Part shown: in pieces, positions 46,022 to 53,634 of the stretch
How positions within the stretch are numbered: position 1 is the stretch's first letter
How the letters are laid out: each line of letters starts with the position of its first letter
Assembly: GCA_018052565.1 (NCBI GenBank)
Contig: JAGPNC010000004.1
Coordinates: 1-53,634, forward strand
Direction: 5' to 3'
DNA: 53,634 bases
DNA from: Candidatus Shapirobacteria bacterium
GTDB lineage: Bacteria > Patescibacteriota > Microgenomatia > 0-14-0-10-38-17
Translations under genes and position numbers: made by a program
Notes under the pieces: generated by a model
Database searches by the model: none
What the model was told of the DNA's origin: nothing
The model's input: only the letters and a program-made list of their open reading frames with translations

Positions 46022-49000
46022 CTATTGAGAACTATCCCAGTAGGGGTCGAGATTTTCCAAAAAGATCCGCACTTCTTCGCTGTCGCTAAAAAGACGATGA
46101 GGCGAACTCTGCGGCCCAAGAAAAGTTGATTCCTTCTCCAGCTTGATTAAATTAGTAATTGTCGTTGGCACCGGTCCGTCTAGTTGATTATAACGAAGAT
46201 GTAAGCCTATCAACGTTGTCAAATTGCCGATTGCTTCGGGAATGTGGCCGGAAAGCTGGTTGTCATCAAGATGAAGGCTGGTTAATTGGGTAAGGTTGCC
46301 GATTGTTTCGGGGATGGAACCGGAAAGCTGGTTGGTAAAAAGATAAAGCTCGGTTAATTGGGTAAGGTTGCCGATTGTTTCGGGGATGGAACCGGAGAGC
46401 TGGTTAGCGTAAAGCCAAAGTTCTTTCAGTTGGGACAAGCCGCCGATTGTTTCGGGGATGGAACCGGAAAGCTGGTTATTGTTAAGATAAAGGTCGGTTA
46501 ATTGAGTAAGGTTGCCGATTGTTTCGGGGATGGAACCGGAAAGCTGGTTAGCGTGAAGCCAAAGTTCTTTCAGTTGGGACAAGTTGCCGATTGTTTCGGG
46601 GATGGAACCGGAAAGCTGGTTATTGTTAAGATAAAGGCCGGTTAATTGGGTAAGGTTGCCGATGCTGGCCGGGATAGAACCGGAGAGTTGGTTATAAAAA
46701 AGATAAAGTTCTCTCAGTTGGGACAAGTTGCCGATTGTTTCGGGGATAGGATCGGAAAACTGGTTATTGTCAAGATAAAGGCCGGTTAATTGGGTAAGGT
46801 TGCCGATGCTGGCCGGGATAGAACCGGAGAGTTGGTTAGTGCCTAGATAAAGTTCTCTTAGTTGGGACAAGTTGCCGATTGTTTCGGGGATGGAACCGGA
46901 AAGCTCGTTAAGCTGAAGATAAAGTCCTTTTAGTTGGGACAAGTTGCCGATTGTTTCGGGGATGGAACCGGAAAGTTGATTGCCGTTAAGACGAAGATTA
47001 GCCACATGGCCGTCTTCACAAGTCACTCCATACCAGCCGCACGGCTTGGTATTCAAATCCCACCTATTATCCCAGCCTGAACCGTTAGTTTGCCTGTATA
47101 AGTCCAGAAGCGCCGCCTTTTCTTCGGCAGAAACTTCCCCCTCTTCGATAGGGGTAATTGACACCGGCGCTGTGGTTGGCGTAGGCGTGACCGTCGGTGG
47201 CTTTTCGGTCACTGTCTCCCCCTGTTTATCAAAATTCTCCACCAACAAAGCGTAATCAAAAATATCAATTCGCCCATTGCCGTTGAGGTCGGGCGCCAAA
47301 CCCGTTTCTTCTTTGCCAAAATCTTCCAAAAGAGCATTATAATCAAAAATATCAATTTTGTTGTTATTGTCAATATCGCCCGCTAAAAGCTGGCCCACCG
47401 CCACGGCCTTAATCTCCCCCTTGTTTAAGGATACCTCCGGAATGACTCGGCTTAAATGAACCGGCCCCTTAACCCAAAAGGAAGTATTTTCCAAATCAGA
47501 ATTCTGGTCGCTCATAATTTGTACCGGCGAAAAACCTTCGGCGCCAATTTCTAACTGGTAAGAGGCAATTTCTCCCCCCGAAGCATTATAAATTTTTACC
47601 GTTACCAAAGAATGATTATCCTGACGATTTTGTAATTTTAAATTAATTTGAAAAGCAGGATGATCGGGGTGGGGAGTAACTATTGGCGTAGGAGCAGGCG
47701 TCGCCGTTGGCGCAGGGGTAGGCGTCGCCGTTGGCGCAGGAGTAGGGGTAGAGAGGGGAGTTGGAGAAAGAGTAACGGTCGGAGTTGGCGTAATTGAAGT
47801 CGATGGAAAAGAGGCCGCTCGCTCCATTGCCGCCAACACATCTATTAGCCCCGCTCCATATTCCAATTCATTGTAATTAGGAATCGCTACCTTATTTGCC
47901 GTCTCTTCTAAAATGCTTTTAACATCTATTGGCGAAAGATTGGGATTAATACTTAGCATTAATGCTATCGTCGCAGTCACATGCGGCGTAGCCATTGAAG
48001 TCCCTTGGTAAAGAATCAGGGGAAATATATACCAACCAGGTCTACTGGGATCGGGGATATAACAATAATAATATTCTCCCCCTGAAAGTACGTAAAAAAC
48101 CTCTGTAAAATTTTCGAAATCGTTAGGAAAAATAGTCTGTTGAACAATGCCATCAGCCAGCCCGTCTTCGTTTTGGTCCCATAAATCATCCTCATTATCG
48201 TTAAATATTTGTCCCCCGGGGGCAACCAAATCCAAGGCTTCGCCATAATCGGAATAATAAGCCCTAACGTTATCCCAACGCGTTGCCCCCACGGCAATTG
48301 CTTCCTCATACTTAGCCGGATAAAGCATGTTATAAGCGGAAGGAGCTCCTCGGCTGGCGTCGTTTCCCGAAGCAGCCACTACCACTATTCCCGCCTCTAC
48401 TGCCCTTTCAATAGCCTCATGCAATGTCTCTGCTGCGAATGATTGTCCGAAACTCATATTAATAATATCGGCGCCCTTGCTCACCGCATAGTCAATTCCT
48501 TCAATTATGTCTGAAGTATAACCTTCGCCATTTGAATCCAAAGACTTAATAGGGATAATCGTTATTCTTGGGGCAATACCAGCAGCATGGGCGCCATTGT
48601 TTGTCTCTTGAGCAATAGTGGCCGTTACGTGCGTTCCATGACCATGATCATCATTTGGATGGCTATTCCTAATCGTTTCCACGTATCCGCCATTATTATC
48701 AAAAACGCTGGTAATTCTCCGCGGCGAGGAAAAATTAGTGTACGCCAATTCGGGCGCTTTTCCGTATTGAGCTGAACCATTGTTATAATCCTCGAAGGCC
48801 ACCCCCGTATCAATCACCGCCACCTTAATTTCCGGGCCACCCCCTTGACGAGCAACCTCAAACTCTTCCCATGCCTGAGGCAAGCTAATTCTTTCCAAGT
48901 TCCACTGGAAATAGTCCTTTGGGGATTTATCGCCTCCCTCGCCAACAAGATAAGGATCGTTTGGTGCCCATAGAAGGTGAACCGGGTAATTGGGTTCCGC

Positions 49001-49504
49001 CACCACCACCTCTCTTTCTTGAGAATAATCTACAATTGCTTCGGCCAGATTTACTTCTTCGGGAAGTTCGACCATTACCGTTCTCTCGGCCACTCTTGTT
49101 CTTCCTAAAGCCTCCATCCTTTCTATCCCCAGCTTTTTGTTTAAATCAGTTACGCCGCTCATCCCCTTAACGGCAATCCCTCCTTTTCGAAGAACCACTT
49201 TCTTGCCAAGGAGACTCACGGAAATTTCTTTTTCTTCCTCAATAACTGGCTTTTTCTTAAAAGTAATGATGATTTGTCTTGGAATCTTCTCTTCCTTTAA
49301 AAACCGTCCCGCCGGCGAAATTCTTGAAACATCTTGGGAAATTTCAAAAGGAGAAGGTGCTTGCGCAAAAATCAATTTTGGGGAATAATTCCCCGAAGCA
49401 AAAAAACTTACCGCCACTGCCAAAAATATCGCCGCAGAGAAAAACCGCTTTGCTCTTAAAAAAGCGGGGGTATTTTCTCCTCTCTTGTCATTCTTGTCTT
49501 CCAC
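46022..49504 (-). CDS. Surface S8 (subtilisin-like) peptidase fused to dockerin-like repeats and 12 plant-type leucine-rich repeats
   Basis: 1160 aa. Catalytic triad contexts: VIDTGV, HGTHVTA, GTSMATPHV. PT-rich linkers. Two EF-hand-like repeats: DIDNNNKIDIFDYNALL and DLNGNGRIDIFDYALL. LRRNT-like cap CGWYGVTC, followed by 24-aa LxxLxxLxLxxNQLSGSIPETIGN repeats. Confidence 0.85.
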   Translation of the reverse strand: MEDKNDKRGENTPAFLRAKRFFSAAIFLAVAVSFFASGNYSPKLIFAQAPSPFEISQDVSRISPAGRFLKEEKIPRQIIITFKKKPVIEEEKEISVSLLGKKVVLRKGGIAVKGMSGVTDLNKKLGIERMEALGRTRVAERTVMVELPEEVNLAEAIVDYSQEREVVVAEPNYPVHLLWAPNDPYLVGEGGDKSPKDYFQWNLERISLPQAWEEFEVARQGGGPEIKVAVIDTGVAFEDYNNGSAQYGKAPELAYTNFSSPRRITSVFDNNGGYVETIRNSHPNDDHGHGTHVTATIAQETNNGAHAAGIAPRITIIPIKSLDSNGEGYTSDIIEGIDYAVSKGADIINMSFGQSFAAETLHEAIERAVEAGIVVVAASGNDASRGAPSAYNMLYPAKYEEAIAVGATRWDNVRAYYSDYGEALDLVAPGGQIFNDNEDDLWDQNEDGLADGIVQQTIFPNDFENFTEVFYVLSGGEYYYCYIPDPSRPGWYIFPLILYQGTSMATPHVTATIALMLSINPNLSPIDVKSILEETANKVAIPNYNELEYGAGLIDVLAAMERAASFPSTSITPTPTVTLSPTPLSTPTPAPTATPTPAPTATPAPTPIVTPHPDHPAFQINLKLQNRQDNHSLVTVKIYNASGGEIASYQLEIGAEGFSPVQIMSDQNSDLENTSFWVKGPVHLSRVIPEVSLNKGEIKAVAVGQLLAGDIDNNNKIDIFDYNALLEDFGKEETGLAPDLNGNGRIDIFDYALLVENFDKQGETVTEKPPTVTPTPTTAPVSITPIEEGEVSAEEKAALLDLYRQTNGSGWDNRWDLNTKPCGWYGVTCEDGHVANLRLNGNQLSGSIPETIGNLSQLKGLYLQLNELSGSIPETIGNLSQLRELYLGTNQLSGSIPASIGNLTQLTGLYLDNNQFSDPIPETIGNLSQLRELYLFYNQLSGSIPASIGNLTQLTGLYLNNNQLSGSIPETIGNLSQLKELWLHANQLSGSIPETIGNLTQLTDLYLNNNQLSGSIPETIGGLSQLKELWLYANQLSGSIPETIGNLTQLTELYLFTNQLSGSIPETIGNLTQLTSLHLDDNQLSGHIPEAIGNLTTLIGLHLRYNQLDGPVPTTITNLIKLEKESTFLGPQSSPHRLFSDSEEVRIFLENLDPYWDSSQ
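46157..47008 (-). repeat. Tandem 72-bp (144-bp super-period) coding repeats encoding the LRR array
   Basis: GTTGCCGATTGTTTCGGGGATGGAACCGGAAAGCTGGTT recurs about every 72 bp. Units alternate between LTQLT..LYLNNNQ and LSQLKELWL.ANQ types. Confidence 0.85.
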
Positions 49505-49619
49505 TTTTTCGCCTTAATTATTAAATATAATGCCTCAAATTGTCGTTGCCGACCTGGCTCTAACTATAAATAAAAAAAAACTTTTTGTCAATCAGTAGTC
49601 AGTAGTTTTTTCCCCGAAA

Positions 49620-49988
49620 TTAGCGCCATTGACAACGGTCTTCAAAGCATGAACACCGTTTTTGATAGCGCTCGGCATTATAGCAGGAACGATACTCGCA
49701 AGTGGTCGCCCTTTCTTCCTCGTTTTTCGCCCGGCAAACCTGCCCCGAGCAACCACCCGCTTGACAGTCTTTGTCGCTTTTGCATTCACCATAGGTCGAA
49801 AAGCCGCAAAATTCTTCGCTTGTCGTTTTAATTTGCTCGTTATCTTGAGAAGAGGTTTGGCCTTCTTTTTTTTTGCTTTCTTTATTCTGGCCAATAAAAA
49901 AAATGCCCATCGCAATGTTAATTATTAATACTACCAGAAAAAGCCCCCAAAAAAAACCTTTCTGCCTTATCGTAAATTTCTTCTTCAT
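49620..49988 (-). CDS. Membrane-anchored eight-cysteine small protein
   Basis: TM segment, then CGFSTYGECKSDKDCQAGGCSGQVC...TTCEYRSCY...CSCFEDRCQW (8 Cys). The pattern resembles the eight-cysteine-cluster domain family. Confidence 0.65.
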   Translation of the reverse strand: MKKKFTIRQKGFFWGLFLVVLIINIAMGIFFIGQNKESKKKEGQTSSQDNEQIKTTSEEFCGFSTYGECKSDKDCQAGGCSGQVCRAKNEEERATTCEYRSCYNAERYQKRCSCFEDRCQWR

Positions 49989-50063
49989 TTTTCCTCTTTT
50001 TAAGGATAAAGCTTTCCAAAAAAAGTAATCAAACTCCCTCGCCTTCTGCCTCCCCCAAAACTA

Positions 50064-50324
50064 TTAGTCGTGCTCTGTAAACACTTTCTTGAAAGTCGCA
50101 TCCTTTTCTTCCAAATACTCAATTAACATCGCCGCATGCTCTTTTTCCTCATCGCGATTGTGGGCGAGAATTCTCTTTAACTCTTCATCATCGCTGGCCT
50201 GGAAACGCTCTTCGTAAACATTAATCGCGTCAAGCTCTTCAATTAAAGACTGCCTGGCTCGCGCCAAGTTTTTGGCCTCCTCTGTTTGCTTTTCTGCATC
50301 GCTTCCTAAGTTATAGCTCATCAT
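50064..50324 (-). CDS. EncFtn-like (encapsulated-ferritin family) half-ferritin, no targeting tail
   Basis: 86 aa; strong SD GGAGGAGGTG. LDAINVYEER and ILAHNRDEEKEHAAMLIEYL match the EncFtn di-iron region as I recall it. Confidence 0.7.
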   Translation of the reverse strand: MMSYNLGSDAEKQTEEAKNLARARQSLIEELDAINVYEERFQASDDEELKRILAHNRDEEKEHAAMLIEYLEEKDATFKKVFTEHD

Positions 50325-50486
50325 TATTCACCTCCTCCAAACTCTCCCGCCATTTATTATGGCTTAACTGGTCGTTAAAATCAACCGGCGGTAACTTTTA
50401 GACCAAATAATTTTTTATCTTTACCACTTCCGCCAATCTTTGTCTCCAAAAAACTATCCTTTTAAACCAAAATGCTTAAACAGTTT

Positions 50487-51140
50487 TTAAAGAATACTTT
50501 TTTTAATTAAGGCTGCTAATAAGAAAAAGGACTCGCCTATCATCTCTAATCCTTCTTCTAAGGCAACATAATACACGTAAATATCTTTCCCATACGTTGC
50601 GGATACTAAAAGCTCAAAAATTAAAACCCTCAAAAAGCAGAAGGCGCCTATTAGCATCGGCAGACAAACTGGCTTTCCTGCAAACCTCATTTTCAAGATA
50701 AGCAAAAAAAAATAAAGAGAATTACCAAGCCGAGGGGAAATATCCAAGAAAAATTAGAAAGCATCTTCAGCCTTCCTCCCTTTTCCAGGCCTGATTTAAT
50801 TAAAGTGTTGATATGCTCATGAACCTCAAAATACTCATCAAAAACAGGATAATAAAAAAGAAACCATAGGCTAAATCAACAATTTTCCTGCCGTTTGGTT
50901 CTCCCTTTTTAATATTCGCTAAGGAAAGATGTCCGGTTAAAAAGGCGGTAACGGTGGAAAAAAAGGCGGCGAGAGTATATTTTTCGTCCATATAAAAATG
51001 CTTGTATCCATCCCCAGCACCCGAACCGGATGGAGCCATAAATGGAGAACCACTATCGCCATGGCGGTTAAAAAAAGAAAGAAAAAAATAACCAATTCCC
51101 GACGACAGTGATGGGAAAAATAAAAATCTGCCCCTTTCAC
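50487..51140 (-). pseudogene. Possible frameshifted membrane protein gene (three consecutive hydrophobic ORFs in different frames)
   Basis: ORFs 50937-51140, 50800-51039 and 50487-50747 are all hydrophobic, same strand, overlapping or abutting. They could also be separate small genes. Confidence 0.3.
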
Positions 51141-51276
51141 TGGTATTATTCTAACCTAAATAAGAGCATTTAGAAATAAGCCGCAGAAAAAATCTTGTCT
51201 CTTTTTTTATATAAAATTCAGCTGGCAGACAAAATGATAGTTTAACCGCTTCCGGTTAGTTATATAATGGATCTTG

Positions 51277-52740
51277 ATGAAAACGAAAAAATTCACCATC
51301 CTCCATTCCAACGACATGCACGGCGACTTCTTGGCCGAAATTAAAGCTGGCAAAAAAGAACTAATTGGCGGTCTTGCTCTTCTTTCCGGCTATATTAACA
51401 AGGTAAGAAAAGAAGAAGAAAATGTTCTTTATGTTATCTCCGGCGACATGCTCCAGGGCTCTTTAATTGACAGTGAGTGGAAAGGCTGCTCCACCATTGA
51501 AATTATGAATTATCTGGCTCCTGACGTGGTTACCGTAGGCAATCATGAAGTTGATTATGGCTTGCCCCATCTTCTTTTCTTGGAAAAAATGGCCAATTTT
51601 CCGATTATCAACGCCAACCTCTATATCACCAAAAATAACCGCCGCATTTTACAGCCGTACCTGATTATTAAAAAAGCCGGCTTTGACATTCTTTTCACTG
51701 GCATTATCACCGAGAAGGTTATGGATTCCATTAAACAAGATAAATTAATCGGCACTTTTGTAAGCATTGAGGAAGCCAGCCAAGAGGTAGGGAAAATCTG
51801 CAACGCTTATAAAAACAACGATATCGACTTAACCATTTTGCTTACTCATATTGGCTTTGAGTCCGACAAAGAGTTGGCAAAACTTTTGAAACCCGAATGG
51901 GGAGTGGACATGATTATCGGCGGCCATTCCCACACCGTTTTGGAAAAACCGGCCAAAGTTAACAACATCTTGATTGCCCAAGCCGGAGTGGGCACCAACC
52001 AGATCGGCCGCTTTGATATTGTCGTTGATGACAACACCAACAGCATTGTTGATTATCAATGGCAGCTTATTCCCATCGACGAACATTTAGCCAAACCCGA
52101 CAAGAAACTGGAAGAATATATCCAAAGCTTCCAAAAAGAAGTAGAGAGAAAATATAACGTGATTATCACTAAATTTTCCCAAAAGCTAACCCATCCAAGG
52201 CGAGAAGTGGAAACTTCTTTGGGAAATTTAGTCGCCGACGCGCTGGCCGCCTGCGCCGAGTGCGACGTGATGCTGGTGGGCAGCGGCTCAATCCGCGGCA
52301 AAGAGCTGGGGCCGGCGGTCACTTTAAAAGATCTACTCGCTTGTTTCCCTTATAGCGGCCCCTTGAAACGTTTCGCCATCACCGGCGCCCAGCTTTGGAA
52401 AATTTTTGAACATATTATGAGGCCGGAAAACAGAAACGGGGAAGGGGAATGTTATCAGATAAACAGCGGCGTAAAGGCCGTTTACTCCGACAAAGATCAC
52501 CGGCTCGAATCGCTTGCCATCAACGGCACTCCGATTGACCGAACCAAATTTTACACTCTTTGCCTGCAGGAATATCATTTTAATAATTCCGCCGCTTATT
52601 TAAACATCACTAACGAAGAGCTTTTATCATCCGGCCAGTCGAAAGTGGTCAGCACCTCCGACCGGGAGGTTTTAGAAGAATTTTTGAAAAACAACCAGAA
52701 CATTTCTCGGAAAGTTGAGGGAAGGCTGGTCTATCGATAA
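51277..52740 (+). CDS. Bifunctional metallophosphatase / 5'-nucleotidase family protein (no signal peptide)
   Basis: ILHSNDMHGDF, GDMLQGS, GNHEVDYG, GGHSHT. TATAAT at 51263-51268 lies 8 nt upstream of the ATG. Confidence 0.85.
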   Translation: MKTKKFTILHSNDMHGDFLAEIKAGKKELIGGLALLSGYINKVRKEEENVLYVISGDMLQGSLIDSEWKGCSTIEIMNYLAPDVVTVGNHEVDYGLPHLLFLEKMANFPIINANLYITKNNRRILQPYLIIKKAGFDILFTGIITEKVMDSIKQDKLIGTFVSIEEASQEVGKICNAYKNNDIDLTILLTHIGFESDKELAKLLKPEWGVDMIIGGHSHTVLEKPAKVNNILIAQAGVGTNQIGRFDIVVDDNTNSIVDYQWQLIPIDEHLAKPDKKLEEYIQSFQKEVERKYNVIITKFSQKLTHPRREVETSLGNLVADALAACAECDVMLVGSGSIRGKELGPAVTLKDLLACFPYSGPLKRFAITGAQLWKIFEHIMRPENRNGEGECYQINSGVKAVYSDKDHRLESLAINGTPIDRTKFYTLCLQEYHFNNSAAYLNITNEELLSSGQSKVVSTSDREVLEEFLKNNQNISRKVEGRLVYR

Positions 52741-52796
52741 ACTAAATTAGCATCTCGACAAGAGTAAAAGGGAGCTTTCTCGTCTTCTAATAAAAA

Positions 52797-53029
52797 GGTC
52801 ATCCTACCCGATTTTAAATAATATTTGCGGGCTGGGTTGAACAAAGCGTCATCCTGACGAAAGTCAGGATCAGTTTTTAATTTTCAATTTTCATTTCTCA
52901 ATTTTCAATCAATTTTCATTTAACTAATAAAACAATTTTCAAAATAAAACTAACCTTTTTTCAAAAAAACTAATAGATGAAAATTAAAAATTGTAAATTG
53001 AAAATTAGTCTTTAACTTTTAACTTAAGA
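52797..53029. repeat. Composite hairpin element, copy G (conserved loop hairpin, GNRA hairpin, GAAAATT-word hairpin)
   Basis: GGTCATCCTACCCGATTTTAAATAATATTTGCGGGC; ATCCTGAC-GAAA-GTCAGGAT (52851-52870); AATTTTCAATTTTCATTTCTCAATTTTCAATC...GATGAAAATTAAAAATTGTAAATTGAAAATT. Confidence 0.7.
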
Positions 53030-53030
53030 T

Positions 53031-53335
53031 TTACCGCTCGCCCCCGCTTCCGGAGAGCCGATTTCTTTTTTGCCGTGAGCTTAATTTTTTAAGATTAGTT
53101 TTGGCTACCTCGTCCAGCGAAGGCCCAACTCGGTGGCAATTTGCACGAGGTATCAAAACACATCTCCCAGATCCTTGGCAATTTCTTCTTTTCTCGGCTG
53201 GTCAACAATTCCTGATTATTCCGTAAAACTTTTTTAATTTTTTCCGCCACCTCGCCGGCTTTACCAGCTTAAGCCTAGGGTAGGGCAGATAAAATTCTTG
53301 CCTTTCTTGGCGTAAATATTCTTTTGGCGGAGAAG
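53031..53335 (-). pseudogene. MazG-like nucleotide pyrophosphohydrolase, disrupted
   Basis: Pieces lie in different frames: AGKAGEVAEKIKK / EEIAKDLGDVF(TGA)YLVQIATELG / LDEVAKTNLKKLSSRQKRNRLSGSGGER-stop. There are at least 2 frameshifts and a TGA at the conserved Trp position. Confidence 0.65.
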
Positions 53336-53356
53336 TCTTTGATATATAATCAAATC

Positions 53357-53634
53357 ATGCCCGAGCAAGGCGAAACAGGCGCAAAAACAAACGTCCCTTC
53401 CGCGGAAGAAGCCCTGGACAGAAGGCCTTACCCGAAAGAGAGACCTGCCGATGGCTGGAATATATGGGCGGAGGCTTTTAACCACCTGAGGGTTGAAGAG
53501 GGTGAGGAGGTGGGCGTCTCCAGGGAAGAAGGAGCCTATGTGATCTCTCTTCCTCCCCAGCCTACCCTTAAGGAAGTTCTGGAGGCAACCACCGCCTTTA
53601 TTGAAGAAGCGGGTCTTAAGATGGAAAAGACACG
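53357..53634 (+). CDS. Hypothetical protein, 5' partial (runs off window end)
   Basis: Open frame from ATG 53357 to the window edge (MPEQGETGAKTNVPSAEEALDRRPYPKERPADGWNIW...). No recognisable motif. Confidence 0.4.
   Translation, partial: MPEQGETGAKTNVPSAEEALDRRPYPKERPADGWNIWAEAFNHLRVEEGEEVGVSREEGAYVISLPPQPTLKEVLEATTAFIEEAGLKMEKT

Noticed and set aside
49592-49928. Alternative-frame ORFs (107 aa minus, 88 aa and 60 aa plus) over the 8-Cys gene
   Set aside because: Only the 49620-49988 frame gives a TM segment plus an ordered cysteine pattern. The others are basic, low-complexity shadows.
53100-53160. TGA read as a sense codon (alternative genetic code)
   Set aside because: Several well-defined genes, such as rpmH and the cupin gene, terminate at TGA at the expected length. 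The MazG-like locus also has frameshifts, so pseudogenisation explains it.

Overview
AT-rich, gene-dense 53.6 kb bacterial fragment. By inference from gene content it resembles a Candidate Phyla Radiation / Patescibacteria (Microgenomates-like) genome: short housekeeping enzymes, many domain fusions, a four-helix-bundle protein, DUF4012/DUF2207-type envelope proteins and cohesin/dockerin surface proteins. Recognisable core genes are valS, rplY, tmk, tsaC, mltG, xth, rpmH-rnpA-yidD-yidC-jag, uppP and trpS. There is also an envelope-glycan cluster (epimerase-DUF4012 fusion, MOP flippase, O-antigen-ligase-like protein, GT2s, PIG-L deacetylase), a GH57 enzyme, and a split AmmeMemoRadiSam set (Memo-AMMECR1 fusion at 0.7-2.2 kb, radical SAM partner at 27.6-28.7 kb). 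No rRNA, tRNA or CRISPR array was seen. Three things stand out. (1) A dense modular family of long palindromic intergenic elements is bounded by GTATTAAGTAT words and filled with word-built AT-rich hairpins and small GC hairpins. One copy carries the four-helix-bundle gene. Two copies flanking xth have their hairpin core in opposite orientation. One sub-family ends in a shared SD-plus-ATG fused to unrelated genes. A decayed IS in the window has terminal repeats containing the same word. (2) A surface module combines a 1160-aa S8 peptidase with dockerin-like repeats and 12 plant-type LRRs (near-identical 72-bp DNA repeats), next to two membrane-anchored cohesin-like proteins. (3) Several decay zones hold frameshifted genes, IS remnants, and an orphan EncFtn-like ferritin beside an 8-Cys protein. 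All functional calls rest on motif recognition by eye; no database search was run.
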